From positions 8,308,001-8,372,000 of the forward strand of contig NC_043023.1 of the NCBI RefSeq assembly GCF_006345805.1: a DNA stretch of 64,000 nt, written 5' to 3'. The translations under genes were made by a program, and so were the position numbers. This DNA comes from Octopus sinensis (taxonomy: Eukaryota). Below the pieces are notes generated by a model. That model ran no database searches and was not told the DNA's origin. It worked only from the letters and a program-made list of their open reading frames with translations. Of the stretch, positions 53,131-64,000 are shown piece after piece; within the stretch, counting starts at the first letter, position 1; every line of letters starts with the position of its first letter.

Positions 53131-53290
53131 CGACAGGCTTCTTTCAGTTTCCGTCTACCAAATCCACTCACAAGGCATTGGTCGGCCCGGGGCTATAGCA
53201 GAAGACACTTGCCCAAGATGCCACGCAGTGGGACTGAACCCGGAACCATGTGGTTGGTTAGCAAGCTACTTACCACACAGCCACTCCTGC
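52888..53290 (-). mobile_element. SINE family A (full length)
   Basis: Matches 805-1186. Confidence 0.9.
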
Positions 53291-53547
53291 GCCTACAATT
53301 GTTTATATTTTATTAACATTGATAAAATCTTCAGTATACAGATGTAGCGGGAGCAATATATAAGGTTGGTAACAAAGATGCAAACACAATGTTACAATGC
53401 TTATATACACATACATATATCTATACATAAATAAAAAATATGACGAATCTGAATTGTAAACTGAATTTCGTTGCACTCAAAAACATTTTTGTAATTGTAG
53501 ACAGAGAGGCAGATTTAAACATGCAGACTCTCACTGTCTCTCTCTCG

Positions 53548-53584
<37 letters not shown>

Positions 53585-53814
53585 GAACACACACGAACAC
53601 ACACGCACACACACACATACACAACTACAACACAATTTATAGTCATACACATGCTCACATACATATATATGTAAATATACATGTGTCACAAACATATATA
53701 TATATTTACTATATATACACACGCAAATATATATACACATGTTCACAGATATATACACAAACATAAATATATATATATATATAGACGTATATATGTATAT
53801 ATAGATACATACAT

Positions 53815-53907
<93 letters not shown>

Positions 53908-54089
53908 TACACACACACAAAATACCCCGTCAAATGAACGGTGCTAAGTTGTCAAACATTTAAATCAAATTTTCTCAGACAACTTGTCTGACCGTCCCAT
54001 AAATCTTCCCTTTGAGAAACACTGATTTAATCTAAAGTTGAGACACCAGCAGAAGTAGAAATAAAGATAGAAGTATTCTCTATTCTGAG

Positions 54090-54770
54090 AAAAACGATTT
54101 TACAACTGCACGTTCCCACGGCTTTATCGATCGCATTCTTACCTAGAATCAATTTTTGTAATTTTTTCAAGATTTATGCACGCCCTGATAGTGTCGGTAT
54201 CTTCATATCTATTTTGAGTGCAATCGGATGGAGGATGCTCAAGATCCTAGAAGACACACACACACATACAGACAGAACGGATTTTATATAAAAGACAAAA
54301 AAATTTCTTTGGGGGTTTGTCCATTCATAATAAATGAAAATAATAAGTTCGACTGTAGAGTAACTTCTTCAAGGAGTATATCTATGGAGGGACACCGGAT
54401 TACGTCCACGCAGGATGCTTCACCTCAGACTGTAAAGGGAGGTAACTAAATTGAGTTTGGCAAATTTGTTTGTCCCTCAACAGTAGTTGAAAAAGAAAAT
54501 AGAAAATTGATGGACTGTGTATGAAATATGCATGCTTGGTGTTAAGGGAAGCAACTCTTATCAGCGCCATATTGTCGATTGTGCAACCAAAGAAAAACGA
54601 TTTCACACGGCTTTATCGATCGCATTCTCATCTGGAATCGATTCTTGTAATTTTTTCAAGACTTATACACGCCCTGATACCGTCGGTATCTACATATCAA
54701 ATTTGAGTGCATTTGGATGGAGGATGTCGGAGATCTGAGAAGACACACACACACATACACACGCACCCAC
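54090..54770 (+). mobile_element. Two related 170-bp segments, possibly non-autonomous Helentron (HINE-like) ends
   Basis: cacggctttatcgatcgcattct...tttgagtgca..ggatggaggatg...agaagacacacacac at about 54117-54270 and 54604-54760; the first is followed by ttttatata. The family assignment rests on resemblance only. Confidence 0.45.
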
Positions 54771-55190
54771 ACACGCATACATATTTTCATATACGTGTGT
54801 TCGTCTTTGAGTTTCTTTATGTGCCAGTTGAACAAAACAGTGTGGTTTTTCAGTTTGCTGGAAATAACAGCCAAACCTCTCTCATACTATGGCCTTAATA
54901 GTTTTAATGGTTTTGATTTTGTTCGGATATATGAATTTTATTATTATTTTAGCACAAACACAGACACACAAATATAGACAGATTTATGTATGTATTTGTG
55001 TTCCCTCAAGATCACCTAATAACCAATGTTGGTGTTACTCACACTGTAACTTAGTGGTTCGGCAAAAGATACCAAGAGAATAAGTGCTAGTCTTTCACCA
55101 AATAAATAATGCTGGGCTCGATTGGTTCGAATAAAGGCTCTAGCATGGCCATTGTCATATTACTGAAAAAAGTACATGTATAAACGTGTT

Positions 55191-55270
<80 letters not shown>

Positions 55271-55391
55271 GACACACACACAAATATATACATATATATA
55301 TATTGTATATGTGTGTATGTGTTTACCTATCTGTCTGGCGATTGATAGATATATTGGTAAAGTGATAGATAGATAGATTGATGGATGGATG

Positions 55392-55454
<63 letters not shown>

Positions 55455-55455
55455 G

Positions 55456-55490
<35 letters not shown>

Positions 55491-56082
55491 GGATAGATAG
55501 ATAGATACATGTCTCCAGTTCTAGTTTAGTCTTCTTTACCCTTTTTATCTCATTCATCAACAACTGCTCGTCGTTAATTTTATTCCTATTCTCATCCTTC
55601 TCTTTTGTTATAGTTTCAACTTTGTATATCAGCGTCATCCTCATCATCATCATCATTCCAAATATTAAGAGCACCATCAGTAAATATTGTCATCATAATC
55701 ATCGTCTGCGTCCTCGTGGTGGTCGTCACCATCATCGTCATCATGATCATCCTCATCATTACTATCATCATCATCCTTATCAGTCATAATCTTAAACCAC
55801 GCATGCAATGCCATCAGACCAAAACAACTTCATCACTACCAAATCCGTCACCGTCAATGCCCTCATCATAATAATTATCGCTTTCATCATCACTTAACAC
55901 AATGCTATACATCTTCATTATTATCTTCATAATCTTCATTTGTCATTTTCGTAATCGTCTTCACCAAATTGTCTCACTTCTACTTATTTTTCTTCTATTT
56001 CAGCAGCTAATTCATTGGACGTAATCTTTGAAATATATGACTAATCACTACTATGTTTTTACTTCATGAATTATCCTTTCAG

Positions 56083-56154
56083 ATATCTAAACCATAATGC
56101 AATCGTGAAAATTGAAAATGGATCGTTTGCAAATCTTCCAAACTTACGTGAATT
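56083..56154 (+). CDS. 72-nt LRR exon 4
   Basis: cctttcag|...|gtaagc; (L)YLNHNAIVKIENGSFANLPNLRE(L). Confidence 0.88.
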
Positions 56155-56318
56155 GTAAGCTGAACCAGTCTTGTTCATACTATATTCCTGAGTATATATT
56201 TCCTCAAATTTAATATCTTTCTATCTTTCTTTCTTAACATACTTTTGCCCTTCTCTAACTCACATTATCTCTCTCTCTCGCATTCTCTGTCTCTCTGTCT
56301 CTCTGTCTCTCTGTCTGA

Positions 56319-56388
<70 letters not shown>

Positions 56389-56554
56389 GTATATGTATGT
56401 GAGTGTGTGTGAGTTGAGCGTGTTTGTGTGTGACGATGTGCGTTTACATAAGTCTTTGTTTCTACATCACTGTTTGGTATATTGTGAAAAGTGCGTATGT
56501 AGTCATACCTATATTTATGCCTGAAATGTGTGGATAAATATATAGTCCTTCAAT

Positions 56555-57625
56555 GTTTCGTCTTGGGCAGTAGATTCTAAACAATTCTGTGATGATATTA
56601 CGTTGTCATTTTACCTCCATAAATGAGCAAAAGCTACATTTATCAAAGGAAAAGCAACAGAAACATCCCGCAGAATGTAATAAAGGAATTAGAACCAGCG
56701 GAGAGATACATGCACTTATCGGTATTTGAAGTGGACATGATCAAATAATCAGTGATGAGGGAAAGGATCACAATAGAATATTATCGCAGGGAAAAGCAAT
56801 ATTCAAGACGGAGCTGAATGCAAGGAACAGGATCGAAGTGATCAGTACTTTTGCTATACAAGTCGTGACTCACAGTTTCAATATCATTAACTGGTCAATT
56901 ATTGAAATATGTAATCTTGACAGAAAAATACGAAAATTGTTGACAATGCATAGAATGCACCAGACTAAGGCAGATGTAGAACGATTTTACCTGCCAAGAA
57001 ATGAGGGTGGCCGTTACATTTACAACTGGAATTAACAATGGAGAGTGCCACAATTGACCGAAATATCTACCTAAACAACTCTCATGACTGGATGTTAAGA
57101 CTTGTCTCAAAGCACGAAAACAAGAAAGTGTCATACAAAGTAACAAAAAATGCAAAGGAATATCTAAGTGAATTCCAAATACAACAAATCCCAGAATTAG
57201 ACGTACTAGAAACAAGCTCAGAAAAAGCTAAGAGAATGAAAGTACATGCAAAGAATCTGACTTAGATATTCTTACAGATAAATGTCAAAGAAAACATCTC
57301 AATGGCAAATACCCAAAGAGAGCTAATGGTACCGATGTGGATAAAGCCATTACCCATCAATGGTTAGAGTTTTCTAGCTTAAAATCAGACACAGACGGAT
57401 TTAATATAGCAGCTCAAGATCAAGTTCTACCTACAAGAAACTACCATATTAAAGAACGGCAGTCACCCAGCATGTCTTGTATGTAAATAACAAAAGGAAA
57501 CCATTGATGATGTTGTCTCCATGTGCAGTCTTCTTGTGCATACAGAATATCTCAACAGGCATGATTGAGCAGCACATCATATTCACTGGTTAATTTGCAA
57601 AACCATAGACGTGCCACATGATACA
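56555..57625 (+). mobile_element. R4/Dong fragment in module 4 (most complete copy)
   Basis: YSF/HSFNIINWSIIEICNLDRKIRKLLTMHRMHQTKADVERFYLPRNEGGR is the typical R4/Dong post-RT motif. Confidence 0.8.
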
Positions 57626-57889
57626 ATCTGCCAGCAGACCGAAACGACTTCATCACTACAAAATCCGTCACCGTCAATGCCCTCATCATCATAATTATCG
57701 CTTTCATCATCACTTAACACTATGCCATACACCTTTAAAATCTTCACTTATCATTTTTATAATCGTCTTCACCAAATTGTCTCACTTCTACTTATTTATC
57801 TTCTATTTCAGCAGCTAATTCATTGGACATAATCTTTGAAATATATGACTAATCACTTCTATGTTTTTTCTTCATAAATTATCTTTCAG

Positions 57890-57961
57890 AGATCTATCCA
57901 ATAATGCAATCGTGAAAATTGAAAATGGATCGTTTGCAAATCTTCTGAGCTTAAAATATTT
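57890..57961 (+). CDS. 72-nt LRR exon 5, identical to exon 1 including the GT>CT donor
   Basis: Same sequence as 40556-40627 at offset 17334. Confidence 0.7.
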
Positions 57962-58259
57962 CTAAGTTGAACCAGTCTTGTTCATACTATATTCCTGAGT
58001 ATATATTTCCTCAAATTTAATATCTTTCTATCTTTCTTTCTTAACCTTCTTTTGCCCTTCTCTAACTCACATTATCTCTCTCTATATATATATGTATGTG
58101 AGTGTGTGTGAGTTGAGCGTGTTTGTGTGTGACGATGTGTGTTTACATAAGTCTTTATGTTCTACATCACTGTTTGGTATATTGTGGAAAGTGCGCGTAT
58201 AGTCATATGTATATTTATGCTTGAAAATTGTGGATAAATATATAGTCCGTTAATGTTTC

Positions 58260-59750
58260 GTCTTTGGCAGGAGATATTAAACAATTCTGCGACGATATCA
58301 CGTTGTAATTTTACCTCGATAAATGAGCAAAAGCTACATTTATCAAAGGAAAAACGACAGAAACATCCCGCAGAATGTCATAAAGGAATTAGAACCAGCG
58401 GAGAGATACATGTACTTATCGCTACTTGAAGTGGACATGATAAAATATTCAGTGATGAGGGAAAGGATCAGAATAGAATATTATCGCAGGATAAAAGCAA
58501 TATTCAAGACAGAGCTGGATGCAAGAAACAGGATCGAAGTGATCAGTACTTTTGCTATACCAGGCGTGACTTACAGTTTCAATATCATTAACCCAAAGAG
58601 AGCTAATGGTACCGATGTTGACAAAGCCATTACCCATCAATGGTTAGTGTCTTCTAGCTTAAACAAACTCAGACACAGACGGATTTAATATAGCAGCTCA
58701 AGATCAGGGCCTAACTACAAGAAACTACCATATTGAAGAACGGCAGTCACCCAGCATGTCTTGTATGTAAACAACAAAATGAAACCATTGATCATGTTGT
58801 CTCCATGTGCAGTCTTCTTGTGCATACAGAATATCTTAACAGGCATGATTGAGCAGCACATCATATTCAGTGGTTAATTTGCAAAAACATAGACGTGCCA
58901 CATGATACAATCTGTTGGGGACACGAACACCCTCCAGTTCTTGAAGATGATCGCATCTTATCCTCTAGAACTTCGCCACTCAAAGTGACAGAAAGATAGA
59001 TGCGAGTAGACGAGGCATTATATAGAAAAACTACAGGAAAAAAGCATGCCTCCTCATTTAAAACTGTCCCAATCGACATAAAAGTATCTGTCAAAACCTA
59101 CAAAACTGAGCAAGTGTAAAGATCTTGAAATAGAAATTAGCAAAATGTGGAAGTAAAACAATGCCTGTTGTCATAGTTGCCCGAGCAAAAGGCCTGAATC
59201 ATACCTATCTCAGATACTAGGAAACCCCAAAATGGCAGCAACTCAAAAGATAGCGCTAATGGGAACCGCCCATATCCTACGTAAAATACTGTGTATTTAA
59301 TTTTAAGTTTTAAAACAAACTCATTTTCTTTGAACATCATTATGGTCATCTCCTTCAGGAAATCCCCAAACACCGCATTTTTTTCCTTATCTTCCTGCAT
59401 TTAATTCCGTCGATATATTAAAACTGTTATGGCTAGTCTCTTCTATTATTGAATGTGCTGATATTATTTCTCGCGTCACACCGCATTCTTATGATCCGCC
59501 ACCACAAAAACCTATTTCCATTTGAAGAAAAGACTGATGCAATGAATACCTTATGTATAGGTCCTCTAGGTTGCAGCTTTGATACCATAAAATGATCCAC
59601 GAATGAGATGTGTATCACCGAATCAAAACAAAGCAATTCTGTCACAATACACTACATGCATCTCCCAGAGGCAGATATAAATAAACTATACGTCCCACGT
59701 GAGGATGTAAGAGTGCGCAGAAGCTTCTGCCACTCTTGTAAAATAAGAGT
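58260..59750 (+). mobile_element. R4/Dong fragments in module 5
   Basis: Paralogue of 40925-42420. Confidence 0.75.
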
Positions 59751-62105
59751 AACCATAAGGTTAGATGACAAACAAAAGAAAAGCAAAGACTCTCTATTAG
59801 TATGAAAGTAGTAAGACATACACACCTTTCTTTTTCAGTAACTTCCTAAACCTGTCTTGCCACTTGTCACAGTGAGGTGGTGTGGTGCTACCCAGATCAG
59901 GTTTTTCATCACATACATGTGAAGCCAAGAAATCCTCCACCCTACTCCAATTCCATGATGTATTGCCCTCGTACCGAAAGCCTGTCTAACGCAACATCTA
60001 ATCACAGACAACGAAGATTTCTCTGAGGCTACTTATGAAGTGCTTCAAATTGTATTTTCCACTCAGGACTACGTTCCTCAGCCTTTTTCACAGGAAATCG
60101 CTTCCTTCTCTTCAATGAGGATATTGAAATGTCATGTACGGACAACTTCCAAATGATCCATGACGGATGCTCTATTCTTAACTCCAGGTCTTAAAATTAC
60201 CGGGAGACATCCCGTGTCCACTGTAGATAGTCGCCTTTCAGAATCCTTGTTGCTTTCACAATTAGATTATGTGTCACTCCAGTTTAATTTAAACACCTTC
60301 CCCAGGTTTATCACTGTCTTCTAGATGATGGGTAATAAATGACCGCTACTGAATGAGGAATACCTGCTTTTAAGGCCAACTTTGTTGACTGACGACGCTG
60401 AAACTCATGTGACTCCCTGTCATAAACTATTCAATTAATTTTAGGATCGTCCATGCCATTATGGCAGATGTTGTAAAGAAAGTTAGGTCAAGACTACGAC
60501 TACAAGTACTCCATCTTCCACGGTATGACTCAGCTTACAGGTGCAGTTTAGTATTCCCCCACTTTTCACTACATTCACTTGGATGGTGTGGATTTCTCTC
60601 TCACTCCACCCTCACCGTCATTATAAATGGAATTTTAAGGCTTCGATGTGAGTTTGATCGTCTTATCCCTCTCTCTTCAACCGTTCTGTATTCTCCACCA
60701 CACTACCTCTCTGCTTATAGCCTGTTCGCCTGGTCTTCTTAGTTCCAGTTCATTTGAATGGTTCCAACAAGCAAAATTTGTTGTAGGTTACTGCGATCCA
60801 GCCTCTGGAAACAGGACCGAATCCGGCTTCCTTCAGTGCAGGCGCCAACAGTTGGCATTTGACTAACACAAAATTAGGATTTCATTGGAAACGCATTTGT
60901 TACTCATTCTGTCTGTGATGTACTGTGCAAGCAGGAACCTGTTGTGCTTAGATGATTTTGATATGGAATCCTCGGCATTTAGCCTAATTACGGGTCTCAA
61001 ATTATTATCAAATACATTTTGTTAAAGTTCTTTCTCAACATTGCCGTGACCCCCACCATTTATCAGGGCTAAGAATCATCTCGTTCTTCTTCCCTTTGCT
61101 GTAGACACCTGCCATTGCACTCACTGCTATTTATGGCAAATACTTTTACACTGCGTAAGGCTGATCCTCAAGCCATGGCGACATCTAATCCGGCATCTCG
61201 AATATCGCAACAATTTTCCACCATTTGTAGAACGCCGTAGTTTCATTCGAGTGTTGCCGCAAGCCGTCTACGTAGACGGTTAAGAGCTTCATTGTCAATG
61301 GACCACTAATCTCCACAAACTGATGCACATAGTGTTCCCTAAAGGCCGCAAATATCTGCTTAGAATCGAAGAGAACGCATCTCACCTGATTCTTCGACAC
61401 CAAATTGTTTTCCGTTGCCACGTTGCACTACGCTCATTCGCCCATATGTCGGACATTGTCATTAAAGCATGCAAAAATGAAAACAATCCCCGTGTTTACC
61501 GTTGGAGAAGCGGACAAGAGGAAATCTCGTCGGTGGCAGCGCCACTTGCAGTGTGTTGGGTAGCCCCTTTATTCTCTCTAGAGTGTGTTTCTGTGTAGAA
61601 ATATATATAAATTTATATGTATATAATTCATATTTGTGTGTATGTGTATGTGTTCCTGAGCTTAAATCTTTTTCCCTACCTCTTCATTTACTTATATATA
61701 AATTCACATATATTTCTTCTTGTTCATATGGAAAAGTTATTATCTTCCTAATTCTAATTGATCCTTTATGGCTCTTTTCACGGTTAAACAAACAGAAATT
61801 GGAATTTATGCTGCAACATTCAAAATTTTAATCAAGTTCAATTAAAATATTACATGTGACGTAGATTTCATGAATATCAACGTTAATATTAAAACTAACG
61901 AAATCAAAATACTCTATCATTAGTTTAAACGAAGTGCATTTAAAGAACGGTTTAAATGCAACAAAATTTATAGTTGGAAATCCGTGTTATATAGAGTTTT
62001 GCATTTCAACGGGGGGGGGGGGATATCTAAATTTATTTATAAATAAATAAAGAGGTAGCGATAAAATGACTTAAGGTCAGCAAGAAAAATGGACACACAA
62101 GCATG

Positions 62106-62169
<64 letters not shown>

Positions 62170-62813
62170 CTTATAAACAAGGGCAAAAGAAAAGAATTCA
62201 ATGCCAAATATGCCGAAATAGACTTAATCGTCAATAACCATATAATTTATCACTATAAGCACGCGTCTCGAAAGCAAGTTCATAGATATTTCTAAAAAAA
62301 TTTCGTTATTATCGGATCGATCCCATTTCTGAGTTAATTCATTTAGAATTTTCTCGACATTAGCGATAAATACGATAAGAAAATAAATGAGATACTTACT
62401 TGTACCTATGGAAGAAGTAAACACTAAGTCATGAGCACACTTAAGTACCCCAAATATATCCAAAAATAGAAATTCCGCAGCAGTGCTCGAGACACGTGTG
62501 AACGGACTGAAAATTGTATGATTTAAAAGATTTCACGCTGTTTAGTTACTTATTTAGTAGTTGTAATTTATTTATTGAATTATTTATTGATACGGTTATA
62601 CATAGGGTAAATGTGGTTGAAATTTGTGGTCTTTTAAATTTTTTTGTTCCCAAACAACACATATTTTAGTGCTGTTGACACCGCCGGAGTGAGGGGTAAT
62701 GACCAGGTGTCGAAACCATAATGGTAACCGTGGGGTAGCTGATGATACAGGTATGTTGGATTGTTGCTATGGTTGTGGAATAGTATTATAACACACATCC
62801 TTTTAATATATAG

Positions 62814-62858
<45 letters not shown>

Positions 62859-63138
62859 TGTGTGTGTTTGCGTGTTTGTGTGTCGGTAGATTAAATTTAC
62901 GGTAAAATAACAGTCGAAAACAGGTGTTAAATTCAACGCTCGGGAAAGTGAGAAATTCTTTTACTTTCGAGCCTATGCTCCTCAACAGAAAGAGAAAGGA
63001 GAACATGAACAAAAAGGGATTAAAAATCTTGTCGATTTAGGGATCAAGCATGGCAACTGGTTAGGAAAAGCATAGCTTGATGGGAGAGATAGAGAGTCGG
63101 CGAGATAATAAACAACTGGAGATCCCAAAACAATGGTG

Positions 63139-64000
63139 TGCGTCCCAGTTATTATCCATTTGGAGGTCCGGACTGAACCAGACCCCGAGCAATTTAACCG
63201 GTCCGTCCATCCAGCGTCCCACTACTGAGCCGCAGTCGGACGGCATGGGCTTGCTTCTCCAGGTGCCGAGTAGCAAACCCACTGACTTTTCCGGGTTAAT
63301 TTTCGCTCCCCTCACCGTTTCGTATTTTCTTAGTGTCTCGCCTATCATCTGGATGTGTTTGTCGCTCGACACTATGACGGTGACATCGTCCGCATATGCC
63401 GACACGCTCGTCCCGCAACCCAGTTTCCGTGGGATGCCCCTCAGTGTTTCCAGCTTCCGCAGTAGCGGCTCGAGAGTCAATACATACAGAAGCGCCGACA
63501 GGGGACACCCCTGACGGACCGAACGCGTGATGTCAAACGGTTTCGACAGGTGACCGTTCACCCGAATCACCGATCGGATGCCGCTATACAAGGCAGCGAT
63601 CCAACCGCGGAAGACGGGACCGAAGCCAGTCGCCCTGAGGACGGCCGCCAAGTACCGATGGTCGACCCTATCGAAGGCTTTAGACCGATCCAAATTTATC
63701 ACCGCCCCACCCATGCCAGGATCCTTAACTACCCTGTCCATAATGTAGCGCATCAGATGGAGGTTATCATGTACGGTTCTGCCCGGCACGGCGCATGTTT
63801 GCGCCCTGTCGACCAGTTTACCAATGACAAGCGCCAATCTCTCGGCTATTACTTTGGCCAAAAGTTTCAAATCTGCGTTGAGCAGAGTGATGGGCCTGAA
63901 ATTATCTATAAAATTCCCCTTGTTTGGGTCCTTCTTCAGCAACGTCACTGCACCTCGGCTCACGAAACCGGGGATTCTCCCGTTTTGTTGCCAGTTGCAG
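63139..64000 (-). mobile_element. Tx1/L1-clade LINE RT region, runs off the window
   Basis: NFRPITLLNADLKLLAKVIAERL, QTCAVPGR, LDRSKAFDRVDH, VRQGCPLS, SAYADDVT, KLLGVWF; uninterrupted frame and higher GC than its surroundings. Confidence 0.92.

Larger units (their letters stand above)
54955..57625. repeat. Duplication module 4 (contains LRR exon 4)
   Basis: Collinear with about 39510-41580 and 46770-48480. Confidence 0.9.
57626..63138. repeat. Duplication module 5 (contains LRR exon 5)
   Basis: Collinear with about 40294-45110, then 45620-45720 and 46070-46560. Confidence 0.92.

Overview
AT-rich, microsatellite- and transposon-dense eukaryotic DNA. The SINE families resemble those I recall from octopus genomes, so the organism assignment is an inference. 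There are no prokaryotic features. The only host gene that may be live is a + strand extracellular leucine-rich-repeat (LRR) gene. Its first coding exon (38333-38523) encodes a signal peptide plus LRRNT cap, followed by five 72-nt, phase-2/phase-2 single-LRR exons. These exons sit in tandemly duplicated intron+exon modules, and two identical exons have a GT>CT dead donor; the gene probably continues beyond the window. The left part holds a broken intronless ankyrin-repeat ORF (2370-3488) and a near full-length Penelope-like retroelement (Naiad-like, 6298-12788) with direct and inverted pseudo-LTRs and three hammerhead ribozyme motifs. It also holds a near-perfect 2.06-kb palindrome (22095-24157) and several foldback/MITE elements. 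Decayed hAT, RTE-type, CR1, R4/Dong, R2/NeSL-like and Tx1 elements and at least four tRNA-derived SINE families are scattered throughout. Most ORFs in the supplied track are microsatellite translations. Boundaries of decayed repeats were read by eye and are approximate.
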